A DNA stretch of 64,000 bases from an uncultured delta proteobacterium (GTDB lineage Bacteria > Myxococcota_A > Polyangia > Polyangiales > Polyangiaceae): the NCBI GenBank assembly GCA_963806225.1, contig CAWDXG010000004.1, positions 1,696,001 to 1,760,000 on the forward strand, written 5' to 3'. The position numbers were made by a program, and so were the translations under genes. The notes under the pieces are model-generated. The model was given only the letters and a program-made list of their open reading frames with translations, searched no databases and had not been told where the DNA came from. Position 1 is the stretch's first letter; every line of letters begins with the position of its first letter. Below, in pieces: positions 62,046 through 64,000 of this stretch.

Positions 62046-64000
62046 TCACGAATCCACGTGAGTTTGGAGCGGCTGTCTCTTCAGACTGCGCTTGAGAAGG
62101 AGCATCTGCACGGGGTCGCGGATGAGCAGGAGCGGGACCAGGCCCACGTAGGGCAGGATCAGAAGCCAGCCCTGCGCCGTCACCGGCATGACGAGCGCAT
62201 GGATGGCACGCTGATGGAAGCCGCTTCCCGTCCAGATCAGATAGATGGCGACGCAGACAAACGGGACCACGAGCTGGACAAGACGATGCCGCCATGGCGC
62301 CTGCCGGAGGCGATCGGCGATGATGCGCCGGCGCTCGGCGCGGGCCTGTTGTACCTGTCGCGCGAGAAGCTGCTCCACCGCTGGTGCCTGCCGCAGGTAG
62401 GTCTCCACCCGCCTGCGCGTCACCGCATGGCCGATGAAGCCGATCAGCGAAGGGCCCAGGATGTACGCCACCTGCTTGACCAGCGGCAGCGAGCTTGGGT
62501 GCGACAGGATGGTCATGGCGGTCAGCACGCCGATCATGGCGCCGCCATACAGCCAGGCGACGCGCGCTACGCGCAGCACGGCGAGCGACCGCGCGAAGTA
62601 CTGAGCGCGATGTTCTACCGCAGCCTGGTCCGCCGGCTGGTACGGCAAGCGCAGCGCCGCGAGAACTTCAGGCAACGGGAACGACAAGAGCACGGTCAGA
62701 AGCACCAGCGCCGCCAGGAACGTGCCCTGGAAGACCAGGGTCTTGCCGATTTCCACCAGGTCGAGCGGCTGGGCCAGGATGAAATGGTGCACGAAGCTCC
62801 GGACACCACCGCGGCGCGCGAGCGCCCAGTCGAGCACGCTGGTGGCTCCGATCGTGAACAGGAGCAGCAGGATCAAGAAAAACGGCCACAACGCTTCCCA
62901 GCGCGACCGCGCGATCAGCTCGTCATAGCGGTCGATGCGGCGTGCAAAGCGCACTTCGCTCGACATGAAGAACAGGTAGCAGAACAGGAAAACCAGGATC
63001 ACGATCAGCGACTGTCCCCACTGGGCGCGTAGCTCGGAGGTCACGCGCTGTGCGACTTCGGCAGAGGTCGAGTGTCCGGCGCGGATCAAGCCGACCGCCA
63101 GGCTCGCGATCTTGCCGAGGAAGATCAGCTGGAAAACCGGCGCCACTGCCGCTGTCAGCGTGCGGTGCGCGAGGTAGCGTCCAACGAATCGTTCGTCGGC
63201 GCTGGGCGGCGCGAAGCGGTCGCGATCGCCCCGTGGACGAAATGCCAGGTAGACCGACCAGAGCGGGATCCCGAGCGCCAGCACGAACAGGAACCATCCC
63301 ACCGCGTTGAAGACGGTAGCCGGCGCAAGCACGAACAACGCAGCAATCGACTCTCCGGTCAGGTACCACACCAAAAACGCGAACAGCGACAGTGCCCCCA
63401 CCGTCCACAGCAGATTGGTCCATAGGCTGGCGCTGGCGTAGTCGCGCGCGATCCCTTCGATGTAGTCCTGGATGTGAGCGCGGATTTCAGACATCTCGAG
63501 CGAACGCCGCTCCGGCTCCTTCTCCAGCAGCCTGAGCGCGAGCGCTTCGAGCGCCAACGGCGTCTGGGGATTGATGTTCGACGGCGGCACCGGCTTTTCC
63601 CTCAGCATCCGGACCAGAAGCTGTGTCGGATCCTCTTCGTCGAAGGGAAGCTGGCCGCACAGCATCTCGTAGAGCATCACGCCAAGCGCGTAGAGATCGG
63701 TGCGCTCGTCCACCGCTTCGCCCCGGGCCTGCTCCGGTGACATATACGCCGGCGTGCCGACGAGCGTGCCGGCCTGCGTTGCGAGCGCCAGCTTGCCGGC
63801 TCGAAGCGAGGTGACCGAGAGGCGCGGATTCGGCGGCGGAACGCTCTCCCGAACCTCCGGCAGGTTGGCGTCCTCGGCCGAGATGGCCACTGCTTTGCCC
63901 GCAGCACGGTCGCTGCTGTTCATCAGCTTGGCGACGCCCCAGTCCATCACCAGGACTTCGCCGAAGTCGCCGACCATGACGTTGGACGGCTTCAGATCGC
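62046..64000 (-). CDS. Ser/Thr protein kinase with multi-pass membrane C-terminal half (5' end outside the window)
   Basis: RDLKPSNVMVGDFGEVLVMDWGVAK, GTPAYMSPEQ, DLYALG; roughly ten hydrophobic segments follow. Confidence 0.9.
   Translation of the reverse strand, partial: DLKPSNVMVGDFGEVLVMDWGVAKLMNSSDRAAGKAVAISAEDANLPEVRESVPPPNPRLSVTSLRAGKLALATQAGTLVGTPAYMSPEQARGEAVDERTDLYALGVMLYEMLCGQLPFDEEDPTQLLVRMLREKPVPPSNINPQTPLALEALALRLLEKEPERRSLEMSEIRAHIQDYIEGIARDYASASLWTNLLWTVGALSLFAFLVWYLTGESIAALFVLAPATVFNAVGWFLFVLALGIPLWSVYLAFRPRGDRDRFAPPSADERFVGRYLAHRTLTAAVAPVFQLIFLGKIASLAVGLIRAGHSTSAEVAQRVTSELRAQWGQSLIVILVFLFCYLFFMSSEVRFARRIDRYDELIARSRWEALWPFFLILLLLFTIGATSVLDWALARRGGVRSFVHHFILAQPLDLVEIGKTLVFQGTFLAALVLLTVLLSFPLPEVLAALRLPYQPADQAAVEHRAQYFARSLAVLRVARVAWLYGGAMIGVLTAMTILSHPSSLPLVKQVAYILGPSLIGFIGHAVTRRRVETYLRQAPAVEQLLARQVQQARAERRRIIADRLRQAPWRHRLVQLVVPFVCVAIYLIWTGSGFHQRAIHALVMPVTAQGWLLILPYVGLVPLLLIRDPVQMLLLKRSLKRQPLQTHVDS

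Overview
High-GC, gene-dense bacterial DNA with a Myxococcota (Polyangiales-like) gene repertoire: many Gly/Cys-rich lipoproteins, two Ser/Thr kinases, two PAS hybrid histidine kinases, a REC-EAL / FHA-GGDEF pair, fatty-acid catabolism genes, FtsH, a P-type ATPase, an ABC-F ATPase and one tRNA-Arg(CCT). No CRISPR array, rRNA, integrase or transposase was seen. About nine otherwise intact genes carry small frameshifts, most likely assembly indels. The most unusual region is the ~2.3 kb gap at 19847-22195 with no credible protein gene. Its ~19917-21300 part looks like a large minus-strand structured RNA: three degenerate tandem modules, GNRA-capped stems whose mismatches become G-U pairs only on the minus strand, and a minus-strand intrinsic terminator. 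Next to it (21780-22015) is an 11-bp-phased cluster of DnaA-box-like 9-mers with AT-rich flanks. Other points of interest are a 4 x 51-bp palindromic array and a lower-GC trypsin/TSP3 protease + lipoprotein cassette with a C10 tract. All family assignments come from motif recognition by eye; no searches were run.
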